A stretch of DNA of 64,000 bases from the human T2T-CHM13v2.0 reference genome, Homo sapiens. A program made the translations under genes and the position numbers. Location: the NCBI RefSeq assembly GCF_009914755.1, contig NC_060930.1; one strand, written 5' to 3'. This document shows positions 43,812 through 56,299 of this stretch, in pieces. The first letter of the stretch is position 1. Each line of letters opens with the position of its first letter. Under the pieces are notes generated by a model. The model did no database searches. It worked only from the letters and a program-made list of their open reading frames with translations, and was not told the DNA's origin.

Positions 43812-45120
43812 TTTTTTTTAAATTATACTTTAAGTTCTAGGGTACATGTGCACAACGTGCAGGTTTGTTACATATCTATATATGTGCCATGTTGGTGTGC
43901 TGCACCCGTTAACTCGTCATTTACATTAGGTATTTCTCCTAATGCTATCCCTCCCTGCTACCCCCGCCCCACAACAGGCCCTGGTGTGTGATGTTCCCCT
44001 TCCTGTGTCCAAGTGTTCTCATTGTTCAATTCCCACCTATGAGTGAGAACATGCGGTGTTTGATTTTTTGTCCTTGTGACAGTTTGCTCAGAATAATGGT
44101 TTCCAGCTTCATCCATGTCCCTACAGAGGACATGAACTCATCCTTTTTTTTTGGCTGCATAGTATCCCATGGTGTATATGTGCCACCTTTTCTTAATCCA
44201 GTCTATCATTGATGGACATTTGGGTTGGTTCCAAGTCTTTGCTATTGTGAATAGTGCCGCAATAAACATACGTGTGCATGTGTCTTTATAGCAGCATGAT
44301 TCATAATCCTTTGGGTATATACCCAGTAATGGGATGGCTGGGTCAAATGATATTTCTAGTTCTCGATCCTTGAGGAATCGCCACACTGTCTTCCACAATG
44401 GTTGAACTAGTTTACGGTCCCACCAACAGTGTAAGTGTTCCTATTTCTCCATGTCCTCTCCAGCACCTGTTGTTTCCTGACTTTTTAATGATTGCCATTC
44501 TAACTGGTGTGAGATGGTATCTCATTATGGTTTTGATTTGCATTTCTCTGATGGCCAGTGATGATGAGCATTTTGTCACGTGTCTGTTGGCTGCATAAAT
44601 GTCATCTTTTGAGAAGTGTCTGTTCGTATCCTTCGCCCACTTGTTGATGGGCGTTTGTTTTTTTCTTGTAAATTTGTTGGAGTCCTTTGTAGATTCTGGG
44701 TATTAGCCCTTTGTCAGATGAGCAGATTGCAAAAATTTTCTCCCATTCTGTAGGTTGCCTGTTCACTCTGATGGTAGTTTCTTTTGCTGTGCAGAAGCTC
44801 TTTAGTTTAATTAGATCCCATTTGTCAATTTTGGCTTCTGTTGCCATTGCTTTTGGTGTTTTAGACATGAAGTCCTTGCCCATACCTATGTCCTGAATGG
44901 TATTGCCTAGCTTTTCTTCTAGGGTTGTTATGGTCTTAGGTCTAACATTTAAGTCTTTAATCCATCTTGAATTAATTTTTGTATAAGGTATAAGGAAGGG
45001 ATCCAGTTTCAGCTTTCTACATATGGCTAGCCAGTTTTCCCAGCACCATTTGTTAAATAGGGAATCCTTTCCCCATTTCTTGTTTTTGTCAGGTTTGTCA
45101 AAGATCAGATGGTTGTAGAT
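43812..45120 (-). mobile_element. 5'-truncated L1PA4/5-like element inserted in THE1 internal sequence
   Basis: Poly-T, 3'UTR 'ggagaaatacctaatgtaaatgacgag' (antisense), ORF2 C-terminal ORFs 44138-44398 and 44602-44883; TSD GGACTTTGGAC (43800-43810) / GGACTGTGGAC (45121-45131). Confidence 0.93.
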
Positions 45121-45322
45121 GGACTGTGGACTTGAAATGAGTTAAGACCTTGGGGGACTGTTGGGAAGGCATGATTGGTTTTGAAATGTGAGGACATGAG
45201 ATTTGAGAGGGGCCACAGGTGAAATGATATGGTTTGGCTGTGTCCCCACCCAAATCTCATCTTGAATTGTAACTCCCACAATTCCCACATTTGGTGGGAG
45301 GAACCCAATGGGAGGTGATTGA

Positions 45323-45690
<368 letters not shown>

Positions 45691-46029
45691 AAGATTTGAT
45701 GGTTTTAAAAACGGGAGTTTCCTTAGACAGGCTCTCTGTTTGCCTGCTGCCATCCATGTAAGACGTGACTTGCTCCTCCTTGCCTTCTGCCATAATGGTG
45801 AGGCCTCCACAGCCATGCGGAACTGTAAGTCTATTAGACCTCTTTTTCTTCCCAATCTTAGGTATGTCTTTATCAGTAGTGTGAAAATAGATGAATACAC
45901 TTTGTTAAGACAAACTGCACTGAGCAGGTTCTGTGGCTCAGACAGTGGGCCAACATTTAAAGATTAGCAACGTTTGACTGAGACCAAACTTCAGCAGGTC
46001 TTCTTGTCACTCTCTGGGAACTAAGACAT

Positions 46030-46200
46030 GTGATAAAGAACGCTTATCCAAAATATATAAAGAACTCTTAAAACTCAACAATATGAAAACAAACAACCAA
46101 ATTAAAAATGGCCCCAATATCTAACAGATGCCTCCCCAAAGAAGACATACAGATGGCAAGTGAGCATATGAAATGATGCTCCACATCATGAGTCACCAAT
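46030..46200 (+). mobile_element. L1M(C) ORF2 3' fragment
   Basis: 'atccaaaatatataaagaactcttaaaactcaacaat..aaagaagacatacagatggcaa'. Confidence 0.7.
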
Positions 46201-46209
46201 AATTAACTT

Positions 46210-47440
46210 ATTTATTTTCTTGTTTCTGTTACTATATTTTTACATATTGTATTATTAGTTCCATGGTGATTACAATTTGTATCTAAATTTAAATACTCTA
46301 TTTTGGATTAATACCAACTTAATAGCATATAAAATATGTATAGGTCCACTCCAACTCTACTCCTTTGTACTACTGTTGCACACAAATTACATCTTCTTAC
46401 ATTATATGGCCATCAGCACAGATTTATAGTTATTGCTTTTGCAGTTGTTGTTAAAATCAGATAGGATTTTTAAAAAGAGTAACAAACAAAAAAATAAATC
46501 TCTATGTCTTTTATATTTACCTTTTCCAGTTCTCCTTACTTCTTCACATAAATTCAAATTATTCTTCAGGGGTCTTTTCATTTCAGACTGAAGGACTTTC
46601 CTGAGTATTTCTTGTACGGCAGTTCTGCTAGCAACACAGTCTGCCCATTTTTGTTTATCTGAGTATATATTAGTTTTCCCTTTATTTTCAAGGATATATT
46701 TGTTGGATAGAGAAGTTTTATTTGCCAGCATTTTAAATATTTTATCCCACTGCTCTCTGGCCTTTATATTTTCTGATTAAATGTTAGTTATTCATTTTAT
46801 TGAGGATTACTTGTACTCGATGAGTTGTTCTTGTCCTGCTTTCAAGAGTCTTTGTCTTTCTTTCTAGAGATTGATTATGATGTGTCTAAGTTTGAATGTC
46901 TTTGAGATTATCCCACTTGGAGTTGTTGAACTTTGTGGATACATAGATAAATGATTTTCAGCATATTTGGTATTGTTTTTGGCTACTATTTCTTTAAATA
47001 CTGTTTTTTTTTTCTTTCTCACCTCTCCTTCTGGGACTCCCATTATGCATATATTGGTATGCTTGGTGATGTGCCACAAGTCTTTGAGGCTCTGGAATTT
47101 TTTTTTCATTCTTTTTTTTTTCATTTCATTCCCAAGACCATATAATCTTAATTGAGCTCTCTTCATGTTCATTGATTTTCTTCTTCTGCCAACTCAAATC
47201 TGTTGTTCTCTACTGAATTTTTCATTTGAGTTTTTGTACTTTTCAACTCTACAACTTCAATTAGTTCTTTTCAAGAATTTCTATTTCCTTATTTATGTTG
47301 TCTATTTGGTATAACAATGTTTTTAATCTTTCATTTTATTCTTTAGACATGATTTTCTTTGGTTCTTTGAGCATATCTAAAATAGATTATTTAAAATCTT
47401 TGTCAGGTAAGTCCGAAATCTGGACTTCCTCAGGAGCTAT
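46210..47440 (-). mobile_element. Old L1M ORF1/inter-ORF fragment
   Basis: ORF 46864-47172 'QSLKDLW..TNICIMGVPEGE' is an L1 ORF1p remnant. Confidence 0.8.
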
Positions 47441-47507
47441 TTTTCCTGGATGGTGGACTATATCAGGGTTCTCCGAAGAAACAAACACATAGAATAGGGG
47501 ATACATA

Positions 47508-47511
<4 letters not shown>

Positions 47512-47544
<33 letters not shown>
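47512..47544. repeat. (TG)n microsatellite, preceded by an MLT2-like stub (47455-47505)
   Basis: Read directly; 'tcagggttctccgaagaaaca'. Confidence 0.85.
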
Positions 47545-47546
<2 letters not shown>

Positions 47547-50289
47547 ACAGTATACATGCAATTGTAATTGCTACCTTTAAAAATTTACACCAAATTCACT
47601 TTCCCTATGCTACTTTCTGTCCTAGGCTATGTTCCCTTATTTTTTCACTTATCTTTCACCTTGGTTCCTACTCTAAGGATAAGACCAAACCTATTAGCCT
47701 TCTCAAGGCCTCAGCTTGGAATTGATAATCATCACATTAAAGAAGTTACTGGTGATTTCTTTTTTTACCTCACACACCCCTTTGACTACCCTAAGCTACA
47801 ACAATACTGGCCATCCTGACTCATGATTCATACTGCCTACACCCTCTCTATATATTTACTTATTCCTAACTTTTGGATACTTATAGCTTCTCCTAATTCA
47901 CTGGGAGAAGCTTTCATTCTCCCTCAAAAATTTTTATCAGAAAATGCAGTCTGATGCCTTTTCAATCACTAGCCCTCTTCTGTATGATATTTTCTCCTTT
48001 CCCTTTCCAAAATGTCCTTTATATTTTGAAATTCTAAGAGGCAAAACATTTGTATTTTCCATGTGGGAACTACTACTCATATTCATATTGTTGCTGCTGT
48101 CTTGTTTTGAATTCTTTCAACTTCTCACCATGTTGTATGTGCAAAACAATTGCATGCCATAAGTTTATATATACAAACTGAGACTCAGCCACATGTAGAA
48201 TAAAAATCTATCTTGAGAATGAGTTATTTTACATTGTTAGCAAAAAAATTCAAACTAGTAATCCTTTTTTTTCCTCTGTACCCTTCTCTGAATTTGAAGA
48301 TGTGTCATATAACACATAACTGAGATAGTGTGGGGGCAGTCTGGGAATGGTAACTGTGGGTTCCTAAAACAACAAAGATGTCATGTAGCACTTTGGGTGA
48401 GATAAGGGAAGATTTGGGCTGAGAACAAGATGTAGGCAGAGGATACCAAAGCTCCAACTAATGAGGGAGTTATCACTTGAAAAGTTACATAGCTCTGGGT
48501 CACTAAAGTAACAGCTATCTGAGGAAACTTCTGGAAGCCATCTTGCTTTCATTTCACAATCTTCTGATGACAGAATAAACAGTATGATTGGTAGCACATT
48601 CCTTAAAGTTTCCCTGCCCTTTCCACTTCAGTGGCAGAATGAAAAAAATTATGAAAAACCAAATATTTTAGGGAAACAAAAGCATTCCAATAAGTTGAAA
48701 TGCCTATGCCTTTTTAGTAGATTTAGGAGAATTAGCTAATATATAAAATTAAACTTCTTGGAAATGGTAAAAGCAAACAGTACCTATTGATCATTAAGGC
48801 TCCATCAAATGGTTAAAAGCACCTTGGCATCTGTTTGTCTTTGTTAGTATAAGGACTTTCCTAATAGTTGTGGGAAATCAGAAATAAGAGCTGCAAAAAG
48901 TGAGATAAACTTTCATACATTAATGCATCTTTTAATTTCTGAACATATTGTGTGGAAACATACGATTAGTTAAATTCCATTGTCTCTTTTTATTTAATAT
49001 ACATTATGGTCATCTCCATTGTGTAAAGTGTTGATGCATGTTTTGAAGACACACACATTGCATTCCTTAAGAAGCTCACAATATAAAATATGGGTGTAAA
49101 ATATGAGCATTTTGGTAACTACACCTAGTATAGAAATTAATATAAAGAAGAGATTACTTGAGGAGTCAGTGTTCAGGAAGTTTCACAATGAAGAATGAAT
49201 TCCTTGAAAAGTTAATATATTTAGAGGTGACTTGGAGGCAATAACACAAGTTACAACTGGAGGTTGAGACCCTACAGTAAGTGGGAACAGTAAAAGGGCC
49301 TGGCCTTTCTGTAGGGGTTTATGTAGGAGAGTGGTGGGAGGAAGCATCAGCTGAGGTCAGGGTGTAGTTACCAATCTGATGGGCGCTACTTTTCACTTGA
49401 GGGGCGATGGGCAGCACCATGACGCTACCGCAGTCCTGTTGCTTGTGCAGCATGCTGCTCCCTCAGGACAGATTCTTCATTGCTTCTTAACTTCCCCTCT
49501 GTCTCCCAGCTCCTTCGTGCCCCCGTTGCCTTTCCTGGCTAGCCTCATTCAGCATCCTGATTCCCCTCTCACAGCCCATTTGATAATTCAAATGGATATG
49601 GTTGAATCCTTTTATATAACTGAAATACTTTTGAAATTTAACTTTCTCTCCTTTGAAAAATAAAATGAGACATCTCCCCAAATTGTGCAACATGGCAAAA
49701 TTTTAAAAGATAAAAATGTCAGGGCAAAAACATTTAATAAAACATAACAAACAAAAGCAAAGAGAAAATAAAGATTGGATTGAAACTACAAATAGTGGGT
49801 TTTAAATTGAGCTTGGAGCTTCTTGGCAATCAAAGCGGGAGGGGTTTATAAGATCCACACATTCTAGGACTTTTTAATCTACCTTTAGGCAGTTATTTTG
49901 ATGTAGACAGAAGTATACTAGAAATAAAATAGCATACAAGTCTAAATTCTTATTTCAGCTCTGCCAGTAATTGACTCTTGACATTAGTTATTTAATTTCA
50001 CTAGGTCTCAGTTTCCTCATATATTAAAAAAAAAGTGTTCAGTTTGAATAGTTGACAAAGCCCTTCCCAGGTCTAACATTGTACCATAAAATTATACAGA
50101 GTCCAGCAAACATATTTCTATGAAAATCCAAGTTGAATGGAATAAAAAGTGAAATAGAAAAGCTCTTAAATGTCTGTTTTCTTCAATCTGTAGATAATAA
50201 ATATATTAGATAATAAATGTATTGCCCACTTTGCTGTTGGAGAAAATACATTATTCATCCTTTACTACCCATTTGTACATAGGAAGAGC

Positions 50290-50377
50290 TATCAGGTTGA
50301 ACTATATAAAAGAAACTGTCATTCCTCTAGCTCAAATATGGGCAAATATTGGCAATTTCACATGGTTTAACCTAATG
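50290..50377. mobile_element. MADE2 mariner MITE
   Basis: ~85 bp with TIRs TATCAGGTTGAACTATAT ... CACATGGTTTAACCTAAT. Confidence 0.75.
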
Positions 50378-50510
50378 AATGTTGTGTTGAATTGAGATAA
50401 TCAGGGATATTGCCATGGAAGGTGCCAATTTTAAAGTCCTTCATTTGGGACAGTGAAGAAGGTATTGGAAATAAAATGGGAGAGGGGCTGGCCTTTTGAG
50501 GTTCAGACTC

Positions 50511-50878
50511 TGCTATGGTCTGAATGTTTGTGTTCCCTCCCTGCCCCACTACCACCTCCCAAATTCATATGTTGAAATCCTAACCTCCAAGGGTGACAGT
50601 ATCAGGAGGTGGGGCCTTTAGGGGTGATGAGATCATGAGGGCTATGAGATTAGTGTCCTTATAAAAAATGCCCAAGAAAGCTCAACTGCCCCTTCTGTCA
50701 TGTAAGGACAGTGAAAAGATGTCATCTATGGGGAAGCAGGTCTTCACTAGACATGGACTCTGCTGGAGCTCTGATGTTGGACTTCTCAGCCCCCAGAACT
50801 GTAAGAAATAAATTTCTGTTGTCTATAAGCCACCTAGTTTGTGATATTTTGTTAGAGCAGCCCAAATGAACTAAGACA
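50511..50878 (+). mobile_element. MLT1A0-like solo LTR
   Basis: TGCTATGGTCTGAATGTTTGTG ... GAACTAAGACA termini. Confidence 0.9.
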
Positions 50879-50894
50879 GGTTGCTAATTATTGT

Positions 50895-51125
50895 CAAGTG
50901 TGGGCCTCTGGAGCCAAGCTGCCTGAGTTCAAATCCTAGCTGTGTAAAGCTGAGCAACTTGTTTAACATCTCTGGGTTACAGTTTTCTCACCTGTGAAAT
51001 TGAAATAGTTGTATAATACTACTTTATTAGTAGAGTTGTTTTAAGGACTGAAATACAGGTAAAACACTTAGCACACTGCCTGACAGCAGATAAGTGCTCA
51101 GTAAATGTTAGTTATTAGCTACATT
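50895..51125 (+). mobile_element. MIR SINE
   Basis: 'ctctggagccaagctgcctgagttcaaatcctagc..cagttttctcacctgtgaaat..aagtgctcagtaaatgttag'. Confidence 0.8.
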
Positions 51126-51269
51126 AGCCGCTGGGTGGGCAACTCAGCAAAGTGCACAGAAAAGGTATATGCAATGACCACCATCCTGAGAGATATAGTG
51201 GAAACATCTCTCTTTGCTACTTGGTAACCTGTATTACAAATTGATACAGGAATATTGCTTATTAGCTAG

Positions 51270-51490
51270 TAGCTTTCAGAATTTTTAAAACTGAGACCCA
51301 AAGTCAGAAATACAATTTACACCATGATCTGCTATACACGCACATAACTGAAAGAAAATTTCACAAAACAAATCTAACCCTTACTCTGTACTTTGCACTT
51401 TGATCAGCACTTTTCTATTCTATTCTCTTTGTACTGCCTTCTGACCACTAAATTGATTTTATGACCTAGTGACGAGTCTCAGCCCAATAG
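51270..51490 (+). mobile_element. hAT-Charlie-type MITE fragment
   Basis: 'gagacccaaagtcagaaatacaatttacacc..gaccactaaattgattttatgacc'. Confidence 0.45.
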
Positions 51491-52311
51491 GTCACATTTA
51501 GCTTTAAGTAAAAAGAAATGTATTTTGGTTCAATAGAGTTAGGAACAGGCTCACAAGGTAGTGTTCATGGATGAAAGACCACTTTGAACTTTCCTCCAGC
51601 TCTAAAAGAGCCAGTTTTTTGTCTCTTGGTCCCCCTTTCCCAAAATCCATATCCCTGCCATACCAGCTGCAAGGAAAATACTAGTTATGCTTTAGCAAAA
51701 TTCTAATGTGTATATACAGGCTAATCATTTCACTTTTATACAGACTTTAATATAAACCCTTCCATCATCACATGTAGGGTTGAAATGACAGCTTAAATAT
51801 TTGTGGTTCTTCTATTGGATTTTCAGTGTCCACTTATCATTGGGTTAAAAGTGCAATCAGCCAATGTAGCTTTTCCTGGCATTCTGTCTTGCAACATTTC
51901 TACCACACGCCAGCATGTAAGAGATATTTGTCAGCACACACTACATTTTTCATAGTAGTAATTTTACTTTTACCTTACGAAGTACTTCACTGCCTTGCTA
52001 TTTGGGTAGGACCAAAAAGATACTTTCTTAAAGACCAAAGTGCAGATAGCAGTATGGTAATTTCACCAATAAATCATTATTATTTTGACAGCATGTTTCA
52101 CCTTTAAGTTCTCCATGAAGATTATCTCCACCTTTCAAAAGGATCATTTCAAAAAATGTGTTAAAAGGAGCACACAGACAAGGCCCGATGTCAAGAGAGG
52201 GGCAGGAGTGGGAAGCCCACTGTGATTCCTGCCTTCAGAATGGAGAAGCAGGATTTTGAGACAAAATCATGTTACCACGTATCTTACTCTTCTTGGAATT
52301 GTCTCACAATA

Positions 52312-52893
52312 TTTTTTTTCTTTTTTTTTTTTTTTTGAGACAGAAACTCTGTCACTCTGTCACCCAGGCTACAGTGCAGTAGTATGATCACAGCCAACTG
52401 CAGCCTGGACTTCCCGGACTCAAGTGATCCTTCTGCCTCAGCCTTATAAAAGATGCCCAAGGTAGCTCCACCACCCCTTCTGCCATGTAAGGACGCAGTG
52501 AAAAGATGTCATCTATGGGGAAGCAGGCCTTCACTAGACATGGACTCTGCTGGAGCTCTGATCTTGCGCTTCTCAGCCTCCAGAACTATGAGAAATAAAT
52601 TCCTGTTGTCTATAAGCCACCCAGTTTGTGATATTTTGTTAGAGCAGCCCAAATGAACTAAGACTGATTCCTAATAATTGTCAAGTGTGGGCCTTCGGAG
52701 CCAAGCTGCCTGAGTTCAAGTAGCTAGTACTACAGGTGTGTGCCACCATGCCTGGCTAATTTTTTAAATTTTTAATAGAGACAGGGTCTTGCTATGTTGC
52801 CCAGGCTGGTCTCGAACTCTAGTGCTCAAGCTGTCCTCCCCTCTCAGCTTCCTGAAATGCTGGGATTACAGGCATGAGCCACAGCATCCCACC
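52312..52893 (-). mobile_element. AluJ interrupted by a 278-bp locally templated insertion (52442-52719)
   Basis: AluJ diagnostics 'gatcacagc..ctgcagcctggacttcccggactcaagtgatcc' and 'gggtcttgctatgttgcccaggctgg'; TSD TGTCTCACAATA on both sides. Confidence 0.92.
52442..52719 (+). repeat. Direct duplicate of 50657-50932 (MLT1A0 3' half, unique flank, MIR start)
   Basis: Manual alignment: about 22 substitutions and one 2-bp indel over ~276 bp (~92% identity). Confidence 0.95.
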
Positions 52894-52905
52894 TGTCTCA
52901 CAATA

Positions 52906-53583
52906 CATTTTTTTAAATTTTATTTTTTTATATTTTTAAATTTTATTTTTCCATAAGTTATTGGGGTACAGGTGGTATTTGATTACATGAGTAAGTTTTT
53001 TAGTGGAGATTTGAGAGAACCTGGTGCACTCATCACCCAAGCAGTATACACTGCAACATATTTGTTTTCTTTTATCCCTTGCCCCCTCCCACGCTTCCCC
53101 TCCCAAGTCCCTAAAGTCCATTGTATCATTTTTATGCCTTTGCACCCTCATAGCTTAGCTCCCACATATCAGGGAGAACATATGATGTTTGGTTTTCCAT
53201 TCCTGAGTTACTTCACTTAGAATAATAGTCTGTAATCTTTTCTAAGTCATTGCCAATGCTGTTAATTCATTCCTTCTTATGGCTGAATAGTATTCTATCA
53301 CATATATATGTATATGTGTGTGTGTATATATACACACACCAGAGTTTCTTTATTCACTCGTTGATTAATGGGGATTTGGGTTGGTTCCACAATTTTGCTA
53401 TTGTGATTTGTGCTGCTATAAATATGCATGTGCAAGTATCTTTTTTGAATAATGACTTCTTTTGCTCTGGGTAGATACCCAGTAGTGGGATTGATGGATC
53501 AAATGATAGTTTTACTTTTAGTTCTTTAAGTAATATCCACACTGTTTTACATAGTGGCTGTACTAGTGGTGGGAATGTAAACT
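52906..53583 (-). mobile_element. 5'-truncated L1PB1 3' fragment with a 16-nt 5' micro-inversion
   Basis: Antisense 'ttccataagttattggggtacaggtgg'; TSD TGTCTCACAATA (52894-52905 / 53583-53594). Confidence 0.9.
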
Positions 53584-53789
53584 GTCTCACAATATTCTTA
53601 ATGTCCAAAGAAAACATTTGGATATTTTTAAAAGTCCTCAGTTCAGCAAAACATGTTCATTGTTTCAACTTCCAGAAATCATTAATGGTTCCCTTCTATG
53701 TGTGAAGCTCTTTTCTAGGCTCAGTGAGGAATATAGAAGAGCTATAAAATATAATCCCAGCGCTGAAGGGGACTGAGAAAATAGAAACT

Positions 53790-53990
53790 AGTGGTTCTGA
53801 GCACTGAGTATATATGCCAGGCATTATGCATTTGTCATTTGAGTCACATTACAATTTTGAGAAGTAGGTGCTATTACTGTCTCATATTACAGATGAAAAC
53901 CCTGAAACTTAAAGAGTTTAAGAGCCTAAGTAAATGAAAGAGCTAGGATTCAAACTCAAGTAAGCTGACTCCAGAGCTCACTCTTTCCTT
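53790..53990 (-). mobile_element. MIR SINE
   Basis: 'catattacagatgaaaaccctga..ctaggattcaaactcaag..ctgactccagagc'. Confidence 0.7.
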
Positions 53991-54829
53991 CATTTTACAA
54001 AAATGTGATGAGAAATTAACTTATGAGTTTGCGGTTTGATGGACCGAACAGCCAGTGACAAATACTGCCCAGAGCCAGCCGAACAGGCATTTTTTCTCAT
54101 TTGGGTATTCATGGATACACAGCAATCTCATACTATTTTGAGAAATACGCAAAAAGGGTCCTGCACCAAAGACTTTTAGTGCTACAGAGAGAATAAATGT
54201 GCCCCCTCCACACTAACATAGCACTTCTGCTCATTAATATGAGCTGCAGAATAGGTGGGTTTTACAGAGAAAATAGCCTAAGATCAACTTTCCAGGTTAA
54301 TATCAAAATGTATTCTTATCCAGAGCTTGCTGTGTTTATAAAGTCATGTAGGCACCTTGAATATTTTTAGACAGTATTACTTCACTTTATTATGTTCAAA
54401 ATCAAAGAGAGTGTCCAGTTTTTCTATTTCTATTTATAGTAGCTCTGCTAGCAAATGTTAAACTTCTTTCCCAGACATATAAATTTGGATTTTTCAAAGA
54501 ATTCGTGTAGGAAAATATTTGCGCTCTTACTCATGAAGGATGGAAGTATGCCTCGGTGGTTTTTTTTTTTTTAGAAAGTCAGTATATTACATCAGGAGGC
54601 ATTATGTGCATAATACAACGGTCCTGACAGCCTGCTGGTCAATCAGCAGAAGTAGGCACTAGTGGGTACTTAAGGCAATCTACCGAGATTTTTGAGGATG
54701 ATCTTCTGTTTTCCCGGTTCAAAAAGCACAGGTCTATCACAGATGAGGCACATCTTATTCTAATGAACCATTAAAACCACAGGATCCACACCACTGCCCA
54801 CTTCTGCAGCATTTTGCAGATCATGGTCT

Positions 54830-55330
54830 GGGGTAACTTGGTTTAGAATTGCCCAAGGAGCCTGTAAAAATGCAGATTCCTGTGATTTTGCATGACTTCT
54901 GAGGCCAGCCTTTGGAATTCATGTTTTAAACAAGGATCTCAAGGGACCACATTTTGAGAAATGCTGGTCTCAATATTAGCACTCTGAACTTTAAGAAGAT
55001 TAGAAGCTAGTGTGTCTTCAGTGCGTACATTTTGAGAAATTACGAAAAATTTCATCAGTGTTTTCTAAAGCAATTTATGCAGAATAACAACCAGAAGAGA
55101 TTATCTGTAATAAACAATTTCCATGGTCAGATAAGTTTGGGAAAGCTCCATCTAATATACTTCTTGTTAGAAATCCTTAATTTGCATATTAAAGGCTCTG
55201 AGAAATACTGCAGGAAAGAAACCTACTTCTCAAATAGATTTCAGCATAGGAATTTGTTTTGGGGATGAGATTTACTAATTTTCTGTGGAACTAGTACTCT
55301 GCAGGCCTCATTTGGGAAATTCTGATTGCA
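54830..55330. mobile_element. hAT-Charlie fragments (MER5A-like, then Charlie4-like)
   Basis: 'ttagaattgcccaaggagcctgtaaaaatgcagattcctg..accacattttgagaaatgctg'; 'ttaaaggctctgagaaatactgcaggaaagaaacct'. Confidence 0.5.
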
Positions 55331-55870
55331 AGCCAATGGTAGACTTTCTAAGGGAGATGAACAAGGTTTAGAGACCCAGAGTCCCAGCTTTAATCCCCAA
55401 TACTTAGGAATCTTTATAGAAAGGTGAAAAAGCTTGTAGTTTAATAATGACACCTAATATTTGTGTGGCTTTTGTAATTTTGTAGGCCCCCTTTCACACT
55501 TTTCACTTTAAAAATAAAATCCTGACTCGATTCCTGTGAGCCATACAGATGAAGCTTATTATTATCTCTATATGAGTGAATAAACAAACTCTTACGACAA
55601 GTGAATAAACAAACCCAGAGAGATTGCCTTGGTATGTCATGCATTTCTACATCTTGTGCATTATTCATCACATAATACATCCAAGCTTTAGATGACCTGG
55701 AAGCTCAGATTCCAGCAATATCTCAGCTTATGAGATTTTTGCTAAATTTACTAATAATGTATTATCTCCTTTATGGGAATAATGATTATACTGATTGGCC
55801 ACTGGTAGAAAGAGCTGTGAATTACTTTTCCAAAGGTGTTGATGAATTGACTTAAACTCAGGTACCTCGA

Positions 55871-56299
55871 TGATATAGTTTGGATATTTGTCCTCACCTA
55901 AATCTCATGTTGAATTGTAATCCCCAACATTGGAGGTGGGGCCTGGTGGGAAGTGACCAGACTGTGGGGAGAATTTCTCAAGAATGGTTTAGCACCATCC
56001 CCTTGGTGCTGTTCTCATGACAGTGAGTGAGTTCTTGTGTGATCTGGTCATTCAAAAGTGTATGGCACCTCCCTGCCACACTCTCTCTTTCTTGCTACCT
56101 CTTTCACCATATGAGGTGCTTGGTCCCCCTTTGCCTTCTGCTGTAATTGTGGGCTTCTTGAGGCCTCCGTGGAAGCTGATGCCAGAGTTATGTTTCCTGT
56201 ATAGTCTGCAGAACCATGCACCACATAAACCTCTTTTCTTTAAAAATTACCTAGTCTCTGGTATTATTTCTTATAGCAGTGCAAGAATGGCCTAATACA
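55871..56299 (+). mobile_element. MSTB-like solo LTR
   Basis: TGATATAGTTTGGATATTTGTCC ... GAATGGCCTAATACA. Confidence 0.88.

Noticed and set aside
49375-49480. Small CpG-containing patch with CTCF-like CACTTGAGGGGCG
   Set aside because: Far too short for a CpG island, and the motif spacing does not fit the CTCF core
52442-52665. Independent MLT1A0 insertion into an Alu
   Set aside because: MLT1A predates AluJ, the 5' LTR end and 5-bp TSD are absent, and identity extends into the non-LTR flank of the 50.5-kb copy; it is a local duplication
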